From the IMG/VR virus record IMGVR_UViG_3300006033_000016, positions 68,999 to 132,998 of that record: a stretch of 64,000 nt of DNA. The stretch is one strand, 5' to 3'. How positions within the stretch are numbered: the stretch's first letter is position 1; every line of letters begins with the position of its first letter. Source of the DNA: a virus. The position numbers were made by a program, and so were the translations under genes. This document shows positions 24,143 through 32,863 of the stretch, piece by piece. The notes beneath the pieces were generated by a model that was not told the DNA's origin, ran no database searches, and saw only the letters and a list, made by a program, of their open reading frames with translations.

Positions 24143-26575
24143 TTAGGCTAAGCCGTGCTGGTTAAGTAACCTGGCGGTGTCAGAATTATGATAGGCTACG
24201 GCCTCTCCCATATTCTTAAACTTGATTTGAACTGTAGCAACAGTTTCTCCTGATGTATTGACAGAAACGTGTCCCTCACCCACTCCCTCCACTTCGCCCG
24301 GCGCAGAGGGTCTTTGAGTGGTTCTCTGAGACGTCTGTTGAGATACAGTGGTGGAGGCTGCAGCCACTCCTGCTTCCCTACCCCTTTCCGAGTCGTTGGA
24401 GGAAAAGAAGCTCCCCACGTAATTGCTTAGGTCTTCCCATGCCTCTTCTATAAAACTAGGTTCGTCAGTGGAGGGCAGAACAACCTCAGGTATGGCCCTT
24501 TGGTTGTGACGATCCCTCCCTAAAATTTCCTCACGCAAGAACTGTTGCCTTTCCAAGTCTAATCTGCTATCCTCGACCCGTTTTAGCTCTCTGTTTGCGT
24601 TGTCTAGTTGTGTTTGTGCGTTAGTTCTTGCTTCTTCTGACGTCGACTCTCTAAGTACCTTTTGGGCTTCTATGACTCCCTTCATCATTTCTTGACGTTC
24701 TACGTCTGATGACTGCCTCATAGAAGAAAGAACTTCTTGAGGAATTTCATTAGATACTACAGACCTAGTTAGGTCTGGAAGCATGGTGTCTAGGTCTAGA
24801 CCAGTGAAGTCTCCAATCATCTTGACTATGTTGGATACGTTTAGGGCGATGGCTTTTATGTAGTCTTTGATATTGAAGAGCTGTTGAATGGGATCCTTAA
24901 AAGAGAGAACAGCAGTAAGAGCACTAGACTGAAGGTTTTCGGTATCCGCTGCCTTCTCCTGAGCCTCCTCCTGGAGTTTCTGTATCGCTTCTGCCACTTC
25001 TCCAGACCTACCTTCAACGAGCATTTTGGAGTAAAGAAGCTTCTGCGAGGTAGAAAGATCACTAAGTCCATCTATACCCTCAAGGAGCCTAGAAACTACA
25101 GACAGATCTCCACCTAACCCTTGAAGGTTAAGGTCTGACATCCTGGCGTCTAGGTCTGATTGAATGGCTGCGGATGTGCCAGCAAACAAGTTTCGGAAGT
25201 CTAAGGCCCCCATGCCGTCTCCCAAAGATTCTATGCCCTGTTCCATGGCAAGAGCGTTCTCATCCGTAGGAGCAATGCCTATAGAGGAGTAAGCGCTCTC
25301 TCTAAGGGCTTTCCGCTGGGCTTCAGACGCCCTTCCATACGTTATCTCTTCTCCTAGTTCCTCAGACAACGTCTCTTCTGCTTCTCTAAGAGCCCTAGAT
25401 ATCTGACTCTGAAGTCTTTGACCAGAAAGGAAGCCAGCAGCGTCTTGTCTTTCTCCAAATAAAGAGTTAGTGAAGGCTTTGGCTATCTTTTGAGATCCCT
25501 TGACACTGATCCCATATTTTGCTGCCTGTTCCTGCGCATAGGCGTAAGCAGCGGCCACATTATCAACTGACACCACCTGGGAGTCCAAGTTACGTGTGGC
25601 ATCGGCGATAGCTCGTACAAGATCGTCTCGTGTAGTAAACGCAAAACCCTTTATTGCGGATTCTGAGTTATTAATACGATCTGTGAGTATGTCTGCGGTT
25701 GCGGAAACCTCCCTCAGATCTTCAGCCGTTTCGGTGAAAGAACGACCAGAAGTCAAGGATCTCTCAACCAAGGTGGACAGTGCCTCTTCCGCGTTAACTC
25801 CTTGGGCTTCCAAGTTTTTTATGGCGTCCGTTACTTCTATTACTGTGTCTACAGCCCCAGCCTTGATGAGATCCATACGAGACAGTGTAACAAACTGCTC
25901 CGCAAGCTTCTGCGTTCCGTCGGTAGCGTCTGCATACCTTAACTTCAGTTCTGCCACTCCAACATTTAGGTCGTCCATTGCCTGACGGTATTTCCATATG
26001 GTGGGAAATACGTCAGACATAGCGGATCCCATGTCCCCTAATGCGCCGCCTGCTCGATCAACGGTAGAAGACAGGTCAGAAAAATCTACATTTACGTCTC
26101 GTACCGCTCTTCCTACCTTAGGAAGTTCCCCAAACTTACGGAGATTATCGATTCCGGCCGTAAAGGGCTGAAACAGAGACCCCAATACAGTAGATGTGTC
26201 AACAGAGTCTTGTTGCACCTCTCTGAGCGCTATCTTTATACCTTCGTATTTCTGGAGGAGAGAAGAAGACCTTTTCATCTCTTCGTTGTGATAGCGTGCA
26301 CGAACTGTATCTAGATTCTTTAGAGCATCCCCCTGAGCCGACAACAGGGTAGAGGTGTTCTTAAGTTCTCTCTCGTAAGCGGAATGATCCCTGGCACGTT
26401 GCTGCATAGCTGCGGAATGGGCAGCCGCTACGCCTGCGGCTGCCCTTTCCTCATTTGCCATTGTAGAAATGAGCTTTTTTCTGGCCTGGTCATAGGCTTT
26501 CACTGCACGGGTTTGACTCGCGATCTCTCGCTCGCCTCCCGTAGAGCCCATTCTTCCAAAGGGATTAGTAGGCAT
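24143..26575 (-). CDS. Probable tail tape measure protein
   Basis: 810 aa, helical and Ala-rich, immediately downstream of the frameshifted chaperone pair and tail tube. Confidence 0.7.
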   Translation of the reverse strand: MPTNPFGRMGSTGGEREIASQTRAVKAYDQARKKLISTMANEERAAAGVAAAHSAAMQQRARDHSAYERELKNTSTLLSAQGDALKNLDTVRARYHNEEMKRSSSLLQKYEGIKIALREVQQDSVDTSTVLGSLFQPFTAGIDNLRKFGELPKVGRAVRDVNVDFSDLSSTVDRAGGALGDMGSAMSDVFPTIWKYRQAMDDLNVGVAELKLRYADATDGTQKLAEQFVTLSRMDLIKAGAVDTVIEVTDAIKNLEAQGVNAEEALSTLVERSLTSGRSFTETAEDLREVSATADILTDRINNSESAIKGFAFTTRDDLVRAIADATRNLDSQVVSVDNVAAAYAYAQEQAAKYGISVKGSQKIAKAFTNSLFGERQDAAGFLSGQRLQSQISRALREAEETLSEELGEEITYGRASEAQRKALRESAYSSIGIAPTDENALAMEQGIESLGDGMGALDFRNLFAGTSAAIQSDLDARMSDLNLQGLGGDLSVVSRLLEGIDGLSDLSTSQKLLYSKMLVEGRSGEVAEAIQKLQEEAQEKAADTENLQSSALTAVLSFKDPIQQLFNIKDYIKAIALNVSNIVKMIGDFTGLDLDTMLPDLTRSVVSNEIPQEVLSSMRQSSDVERQEMMKGVIEAQKVLRESTSEEARTNAQTQLDNANRELKRVEDSRLDLERQQFLREEILGRDRHNQRAIPEVVLPSTDEPSFIEEAWEDLSNYVGSFFSSNDSERGREAGVAAASTTVSQQTSQRTTQRPSAPGEVEGVGEGHVSVNTSGETVATVQIKFKNMGEAVAYHNSDTARLLNQHGLA

Positions 26576-27171
26576 TACCTACGCTTGCCTCCTCCACCAA
26601 TAGGACGAGAAGGTCCTTCAGAAAATCCACCAGAAGGACGTCGAGACTGACCAAACGGGTCTGCTCCGGTATATTCTGGATCATTGCGGTCGATGGCTGT
26701 TGCGCCCATCTTCCTAAGGAACTCCTCCTTTGACGCCTGCGACAAGGAGGCTGCTCCAGCAGGAACGTGAGGCATACCATACAATCCACCTTGAGAAGGT
26801 ATGGCGTGTTCTTGAAGAGACTTCATCAGTTCAGGACGCACAAGTAAAGATAATGGATAACGAAGAACTGTAGGACGAGCCGCAACAGGAGAAGCCTCCA
26901 TGTCAGCTAAGGTCTTGTTACCTTTGTTGTCTTCTTCGTGCTTAGCTAGCATGTCTAGGTCTTCTTGCGTCCAAACCAGCCCGAGCATTCGCTCCCACCG
27001 GTAAAACCACTGGTCCTCTTCCCACTGAAGAAATAAGTAAGATATTTCTAATTCGTCTAGGGAGGCGTCCTTTATTCTAGGGTCGTTGACTGTCGTACGC
27101 AATTTTGCGGCTAGGGATCCCCTCAGCCATACTGCCCAATCTAGCGTACGGAGTCGGTCTGGGGTAAAGGG
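26575..27171 (-). CDS. Tail assembly chaperone, frameshifted extension (gpT-like)
   Basis: The -1 frame is open from the slippery site at 27165-27171 into ORF 26575-27102. Confidence 0.75.
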   Translation of the reverse strand, partial: PFTPDRLRTLDWAVWLRGSLAAKLRTTVNDPRIKDASLDELEISYLFLQWEEDQWFYRWERMLGLVWTQEDLDMLAKHEEDNKGNKTLADMEASPVAARPTVLRYPLSLLVRPELMKSLQEHAIPSQGGLYGMPHVPAGAASLSQASKEEFLRKMGATAIDRNDPEYTGADPFGQSRRPSGGFSEGPSRPIGGGGKRR

Positions 27172-27977
27172 AGAGGGGTATCCTCCCCCTCCTTTTCGTC
27201 TTTCTTAGAGGACTTAGCCTTAGGCAAGTACTTGGAGTCTACGTTCTGCTCGTATGCAACGTACAAGTGCTCTACCAGTTCGAACAAAGAAGTGCGTAGT
27301 TCGTCGCAAAAGGCGGAGGCAGCTTGGAATCTAAGGCCCATATGAGGATACATTGGGTCCCTTACATGGTCTGGACTTACTGGTTGTATCCCAAATACCT
27401 CATGAAGCGGAACCCCGTCTATGGAAGCCACGCCCATAGAGATAAAGGCAGCTTTCCACGCAAAAGTAGCTAAAGCAGGGTCCTGTATCATTTCGCGAGT
27501 TTTCTCAAGAACCCACTGGTAATCGTCGTAGTTTATACCACGAAGCCCAAAAAGGATCTCCACGTTAGTTTCTGGATTGTGGGGATCTCTTCTAGCTATG
27601 GGGACAGTTACCACGTCCACCCTTTTTAGACCAAATACCTCTCTAAACCTTTTTAGAGTTGAGGATTCCGAAGAAGTGACAGGAGAGGGAGGAAGAGGAC
27701 GCGTACCTGGAGAAGAAACAGGAACAGCTTCCCTTGTTTTTTGAGTGTCCCTCGCTTCCTTCGCGTCGGAAAGCGGGTCAGGAAGAACCGATCGACGAGG
27801 GTCGTAGGAAGTTTCAGCGCCTACGGAAGAGGAAGTAGGTCTGGCTGCCTGTTGAGTGAATGGAGAATTGATATTAGGAGCGTCACTCCACGGATCCTGT
27901 GGATGAGGTAGATTTCCAGAAATAGTACTATCAATTTCAGAAACTATCACTCTATCGCCAAGTCTATCGTCAGTCAT
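27141..27977 (-). CDS. Tail assembly chaperone (gpG-like)
   Basis: 278 aa, between tube and tape measure genes, ends shortly after an in-frame slippery heptamer. Confidence 0.75.
   Translation of the reverse strand: MTDDRLGDRVIVSEIDSTISGNLPHPQDPWSDAPNINSPFTQQAARPTSSSVGAETSYDPRRSVLPDPLSDAKEARDTQKTREAVPVSSPGTRPLPPSPVTSSESSTLKRFREVFGLKRVDVVTVPIARRDPHNPETNVEILFGLRGINYDDYQWVLEKTREMIQDPALATFAWKAAFISMGVASIDGVPLHEVFGIQPVSPDHVRDPMYPHMGLRFQAASAFCDELRTSLFELVEHLYVAYEQNVDSKYLPKAKSSKKDEKEGEDTPLPLPQTDSVR
27165..27171 (-). other. -1 programmed ribosomal frameshift site C CCT TTA
   Basis: X XXY YYZ heptamer in the correct phase; -1 frame reads PFTPDRLRTLDWAVWLRGSLAAKLRTTVNDPRIK with no stop. Confidence 0.8.
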
Positions 27978-28039
27978 TCGTTACTCCTGTGTAAGTAATT
28001 TGCAGTCTTATACGGATACACCGTATACATAATGTACAG

Positions 28040-28068
28040 AACCCTAGCCAGAAATTCTGGCTAGGGTT
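28040..28068. repeat. Near-perfect 29-bp palindrome
   Basis: AACCCTAGCCAGAA-A-TTCTGGCTAGGGTT, intergenic. Confidence 0.7.
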
Positions 28069-28090
28069 ATGTTTCAGTGGAAAATATAGG

Positions 28091-29308
28091 TCACTTGCTG
28101 CGAGCAAGACGAGCTATCTGAGCAGCCTTCTTCTTCTCACCCTTTGCTGCCAGCTTCTTGGCAAGAGTCATCAGGTTCTTGCGCTGAGCCTGACCAAGAT
28201 GAAGGCCTCCAACAGGAGTTTCTACGCCAACTTCGAAGCCAAGGAGACCTTCCTTGTCCTCGTCGTCATCCATGCCCATGTCATCCTCGGACTCCTCTTC
28301 CTCTTCCATGGGTTCATCGGCCTCATCGGCTTCGTCGGAGTCCTCCTCCATGGCCATGTCAAGTTCCATGTCGTCCTCGGATTCATCTGCCTCGTACATA
28401 CGATCGCTGGCTTCGTGGTCCATGGCTTCCATCATAGCAGCCAATTCATCGTCGCCCTCTCCAAGGTCAAGGCCCTCAAAGTCGAGTTCCTCACCGCCCT
28501 CAGCAGGCTCTTCCTCGTCTCCGAAATCGAGGCCCTCTAGGTCCATGTCGTCAGCGTCTTCCGACTCTTCGTCGTCTTCGGAGTCAGAGTCTTCGGAATC
28601 CTCAAGATCCATGTCCAGGTCTGCATCGTCCTCAGATTCCTCATCGGAAACGCCACCAGTGTCAAACTCTTCGTCGGAGTCATCTTCCATGGCAAGACGA
28701 ATCAAGGCCTCCATCTCCTTGTCGAAGGAGGACTGCTTCATGGGGTAGCCCTCACCCTTCTGACCAAAGGGAAGCTCTAGGTCTTCCTTTTCATCTGCGT
28801 CCATCTTGGCTTTAGGCTTATTGGCCTTGGCGCGGTCGAACCTCTTAGAGGCGTCACCCTTGGACTCTGCAGTGCCATGACTATCGGAAGAATAGTCATA
28901 CTCTGAATCCAAATCCTCAGCTATCTTGAGAACCTCAAGAGCAGTCTTCTTGCTTCCTTCCTTAAGAAGCTCAGAAGCAATATCCTCAAGCTCAGCCACC
29001 TGGGCCTTAGCTATTCTCTTCATAGCAGAAGCAATTCGTGCACGGCGCGAACTATAGTTGGCCGCAGCTTCTTTTGCACTAGGAGTGGCCTTCTTGTTCT
29101 TCTTTGAGCGCTTTGGCTTAGCCTTGGCTTTAGCTTTTTCCTTAGCCTTAGCTTTAGCTGCCTCTGCCTGACGCTTATGAGCGGTGACAAGTTCCACCGA
29201 TACCTCGTCCACAAGAGTTGCTAGATCAGGATTTCCAGTTGTGTCCAACTCCTGAGCAATAGAATCAAGCTCAGCAAGAATAGGATGATTTGTGTAGCGA
29301 TGCGCCAT
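28091..29308 (-). CDS. Highly charged protein (basic N-terminus, D/E-rich C-terminus); possible internal head or scaffold-like protein
   Basis: 405-aa ORF within the structural region; function inferred from composition only. Confidence 0.75.
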   Translation of the reverse strand: MAHRYTNHPILAELDSIAQELDTTGNPDLATLVDEVSVELVTAHKRQAEAAKAKAKEKAKAKAKPKRSKKNKKATPSAKEAAANYSSRRARIASAMKRIAKAQVAELEDIASELLKEGSKKTALEVLKIAEDLDSEYDYSSDSHGTAESKGDASKRFDRAKANKPKAKMDADEKEDLELPFGQKGEGYPMKQSSFDKEMEALIRLAMEDDSDEEFDTGGVSDEESEDDADLDMDLEDSEDSDSEDDEESEDADDMDLEGLDFGDEEEPAEGGEELDFEGLDLGEGDDELAAMMEAMDHEASDRMYEADESEDDMELDMAMEEDSDEADEADEPMEEEEESEDDMGMDDDEDKEGLLGFEVGVETPVGGLHLGQAQRKNLMTLAKKLAAKGEKKKAAQIARLARSK

Positions 29309-29338
29309 GGCTGTAGACCTCTATGGTTTCTTTTGTTG

Positions 29339-29662
29339 TTAGGTGTTATCAGAACGCTTCCTTAGCCATTCGCGATTCGCCAGACGACGAATAGCACGAC
29401 GTGCATCAGAAAGTGAAGAAGCAGCCTGACGTATCAGAACTGCGTCATCTTTGTCAAAATAGGTAAGAGCAGGTGTAGAATTTATGTCTTGAAACACATA
29501 ATTCAGGTTATCAAGAGCAATATAGTGGTCTGCAAGGGCTGCTCTTAGTCTATCCTTTTGAAGGCGGGATAGGGAAGGAGAGACATTGTTGTCGTCTTCC
29601 ATCGCCTTCGCATGAATTATGTCCGAAATCTTCATTAGACTTGATTTTCCGTCGTCACTCAT
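29339..29662 (-). CDS. Hypothetical protein
   Basis: 107-aa ORF abutting the tube gene stop. Confidence 0.7.
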   Translation of the reverse strand: MSDDGKSSLMKISDIIHAKAMEDDNNVSPSLSRLQKDRLRAALADHYIALDNLNYVFQDINSTPALTYFDKDDAVLIRQAASSLSDARRAIRRLANREWLRKRSDNT

Positions 29663-30181
29663 TTACACTGCTCGTGTCCTGGATACGAACGCAATTTGTC
29701 CGTCAACGACTGTTTTTGCATCACCCTCAGCGGTAAATCCTTGCTCGTTTCTGCCTGTGAACCAGCAACCGCTGTAGAGCCAAACTCGGTACACAGCAGA
29801 ACCTCTAAACAAGTACTCCTGCATGGCAAACGGTCTGTTCTGGTCAATTAGGTCGGACCAGACTGCAGGATAGCCTAAAGCTCTCTCAAACTCCTGGTCC
29901 CACACCTCTACACGAGAAACAGATATATTGTAGTTTGTATTGATGCTGGGGACGTAGTCAACCGGTCGACCAAACGTTAGATGATTAAGTTCATATACGA
30001 GAGACCCGTTTCGACTGTACATCTGTGGGCTCCATGATTGAACTCGACCTACAATACGTCCATTGACAACAATAGATATACCGTGATAGGTTTTTATTGT
30101 GGGGGCCCCCGGCGCGTCAAAATCAAGGGGGCGTACTCTTACGCCATGGGGGTTTGCTGCGAACGGGGTAGGGGAGGCCAT
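29663..30181 (-). CDS. Probable tail tube protein
   Basis: 172 aa, beta-rich, G.VQSW...YE...WLYSGCWF pattern; downstream of the sheath gene. Confidence 0.7.
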   Translation of the reverse strand: MASPTPFAANPHGVRVRPLDFDAPGAPTIKTYHGISIVVNGRIVGRVQSWSPQMYSRNGSLVYELNHLTFGRPVDYVPSINTNYNISVSRVEVWDQEFERALGYPAVWSDLIDQNRPFAMQEYLFRGSAVYRVWLYSGCWFTGRNEQGFTAEGDAKTVVDGQIAFVSRTRAV

Positions 30182-30238
30182 GATTACTCCTGTTATCGAA
30201 TATTTACCTAAGTTATCGTAATGTTCTAAGTCTAGGTA

Positions 30239-30712
30239 TTACTCTTTGTTTGTACTTAGGTGGGTAAGCGCAATCTTCTTTAGCTTTAGATAACGTTTCC
30301 TATCACTGTCAGTAATAGAAGAGGATATCTCTCTTAAAGAGGCTGAACACTTGGCTCTTTCTTCAAGAGTGCGTGCGCTAATCAGCAAGTTGACCCTGGA
30401 TATGGAAGACAATGCAGCAGATTTGTTTATGAAGTAGGCAGAGTTTTCGTCTACTGTATTGTTGGCAAGTGTATACGCTACACCCTTTAACTGCCCGGAT
30501 TCAGAAAAATCAGCTAAAGAGTGAATCCCATTAGTCTGAAGATATCTGATATACTGAAGAAGAGTCTTTTCTACAGAAGACAAGTCAGAAAACAACAATC
30601 CCTGTGACACCAACTTTGGGTTAGTGTTGTACAGAAGAAACTTTCCATCCTGCTTTCTGACCAGGGTTCCTGAGGAAGACAAGAGAGAATTTAGTCTCTT
30701 GGTAGAAGACAT
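30239..30712 (-). CDS. Hypothetical protein
   Basis: 157-aa ORF. Confidence 0.7.
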   Translation of the reverse strand: MSSTKRLNSLLSSSGTLVRKQDGKFLLYNTNPKLVSQGLLFSDLSSVEKTLLQYIRYLQTNGIHSLADFSESGQLKGVAYTLANNTVDENSAYFINKSAALSSISRVNLLISARTLEERAKCSASLREISSSITDSDRKRYLKLKKIALTHLSTNKE

Positions 30713-31911
30713 CAGACAGCCTCCTGTAATAACTGCATAGCAAGAGGAAGAACCTGCTTGTACAGTTTTCCTTTATCAGGATCTTTTTTAGATATTTGAG
30801 ACAGCAGAGTATCAGTGTCGGTTTCTGGGTTGCTCTTTATAAGAAGAGCCAAGTCTTCAGCGGCAGAATCCCTAATAGAAGATCTCCTGGATTCTAAGGA
30901 AGTCAAAATGTCTGGAAGAACTTCTCTAACTTTCTTTGCTAGCTCAGGATCTTTTACCTTTAGAGTGTTGAGAAGAACCTCGGGAGAAACATCTTTCTCC
31001 ACTAACCAAGATACAGACTTAGATATGAGATCATGCCGTTGGCGAATAGATAGTGATGATTCTTCTTCCGATTTCTGATCGGCTTTAGAAAGGAGATAGT
31101 TCACATTAGAGTACAGGTCCGGCTGAGATTTCTCTGAAAGGACAAATGTGTACTTTACATACACAACATACTCTCTAAATTTGGGTATGTTTCGAGTAGA
31201 GGTAGGTGTTCCGCGCGTAAGTTGGTTAAGAACTGCAGAGGCCTCCTCCGAAGAGCGAAAAACAGCAGGTTTGTATGGGTCGAGGTCCTCAGTTGCGTCT
31301 TTAGCCTGCATTTGGCCTACAACGCGAGGGTCCTCCCACATAGCAACTTCTCCAGCGTGAGGCCCAACATTATGGACTATCTTCCATGCCTTGGTTCCAA
31401 GTTCTTGTGCGTATCCGTGCTCTATACGATAGGGTCTGTCTGAAAGGTCACGAATGTCAGATGTTATCAGCTTGACGTCAGAAGTGACTCCTGAAAATAT
31501 TGCTGATAATACTTTCTTTATGTCGTCCAAAGGAAACAATGGGCTAGGAGACTGTCCAGGGAAGAACTGTGTCTTGGCCGTCACTACTCCAAGATCTCCC
31601 TTATTGTCTAGGAGGGAAAACGGCCCTACTACTAGATCTAACTTTAGAGAGTCCCCCTCACCAGGAAACACGGTCCTAGTGGCCAAAACTTTTTGTATCT
31701 GCGCAGGCTTTCCTCCTTTTAGAGGGGAAAAAAATGAAGTCAACTTGGACATCCGGGCAGACGAATTTGCGTCGAAGGAGGAAACGAACTCTGATGGATC
31801 CAGCTTTTGTTTTGAAAGCTTTTGAACTCGTATAGCAAGTTTATACAAAAAACTTGCTATACGAGTTCTTTCGTCCAGAGATAAAAGTAAGTCTGAGTTC
31901 ATGTCGATCAA
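30712..31911 (-). CDS. Hypothetical protein with a duplicated C-terminal helical repeat
   Basis: Two copies of LL..(L/I)..KDP.......VLP. Confidence 0.75.
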   Translation of the reverse strand: MIDMNSDLLLSLDERTRIASFLYKLAIRVQKLSKQKLDPSEFVSSFDANSSARMSKLTSFFSPLKGGKPAQIQKVLATRTVFPGEGDSLKLDLVVGPFSLLDNKGDLGVVTAKTQFFPGQSPSPLFPLDDIKKVLSAIFSGVTSDVKLITSDIRDLSDRPYRIEHGYAQELGTKAWKIVHNVGPHAGEVAMWEDPRVVGQMQAKDATEDLDPYKPAVFRSSEEASAVLNQLTRGTPTSTRNIPKFREYVVYVKYTFVLSEKSQPDLYSNVNYLLSKADQKSEEESSLSIRQRHDLISKSVSWLVEKDVSPEVLLNTLKVKDPELAKKVREVLPDILTSLESRRSSIRDSAAEDLALLIKSNPETDTDTLLSQISKKDPDKGKLYKQVLPLAMQLLQEAV

Positions 31912-32837
31912 AGAGTAATCAGGTTAGCAGCCATTCTCATCAAGTGCTTAGACCTAGAAAGTTCCTCGTCCAATTTGGTCAAGAGCTGGGCGCTCTGCGT
32001 AACAGAAGCATACTTGGCCGAACTGGCCTGCTTTGGGCTCAACTGGCTCATCAGCTTTCGTATGGTAGCTCCCAACGGAACTATCTGTCCCTTGGTTAGT
32101 TCTTGTACCTTAGTTAGCATGAAAGCGAGGGCTCCCTTGATCTTCTGAAGGTTATTACCTACTACCGCCTCCTCCAACATGTCGTTAGCTTGTTGGAGCT
32201 GCTGTGTGATGGCTGGAAGTATGGTCTGAGCCTTCTCCAGTACCTTGACGGCAGGAAGACGCTGCTCCTTGGAGGCGTCACCTGGGCGCTGCACTCCTAG
32301 CATATCTTTCTCAGAAAGCTCCTCAGTATCCATTTCGTCATCTGACGCAGGCATTAGTGCTGTCTTAAGTTCTGCTATCTTGGCTCTTCTCCACTCTCGT
32401 TGCTCTGCGGCTGACGATAGCTTGGGCTTTGGAGTAGACTTGAGCTTTGGGGTGTCAGAGGAAAGTTCCTTAGCCTTGTTCTTTGCGTCAGACAATGCCT
32501 TCTGTTTGGACTTCTTTGTGTCCTTTGGAGGAGATCCCTTTCCTAGACCACCTTTTGTATCGCCGTCAAAAGGATATCCCACAGGAACTGCTTCTCCTGT
32601 AGACTTGTCTAGCTTGGAGTCCTTCTTGTCGCCTTTGACTTTTGGCTGCGACTTGTTTTTCTTAAACTTGTCCGCAGCAGTGCCCTTAGCTTTGGGCCCG
32701 GCGCCGTCATCCTTATCCGAAGATTTGGACTTTATGGCCTTCTCTAGTTCAGCAATCTTTTCCTTACGCGCTTTTGAACGCGCAGCGGTCATTACACGGG
32801 AAACTCTATCCTGCATTTTTGTAGTTGACATTGACAT
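31908..32837 (-). CDS. Lys-rich hypothetical protein (possible virion protein)
   Basis: 309-aa ORF directly downstream of the sheath gene. Confidence 0.75.
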   Translation of the reverse strand: MSMSTTKMQDRVSRVMTAARSKARKEKIAELEKAIKSKSSDKDDGAGPKAKGTAADKFKKNKSQPKVKGDKKDSKLDKSTGEAVPVGYPFDGDTKGGLGKGSPPKDTKKSKQKALSDAKNKAKELSSDTPKLKSTPKPKLSSAAEQREWRRAKIAELKTALMPASDDEMDTEELSEKDMLGVQRPGDASKEQRLPAVKVLEKAQTILPAITQQLQQANDMLEEAVVGNNLQKIKGALAFMLTKVQELTKGQIVPLGATIRKLMSQLSPKQASSAKYASVTQSAQLLTKLDEELSRSKHLMRMAANLITL

Positions 32838-32863
32838 TTACCTCTTAGACCTGCGTTTTCTTA

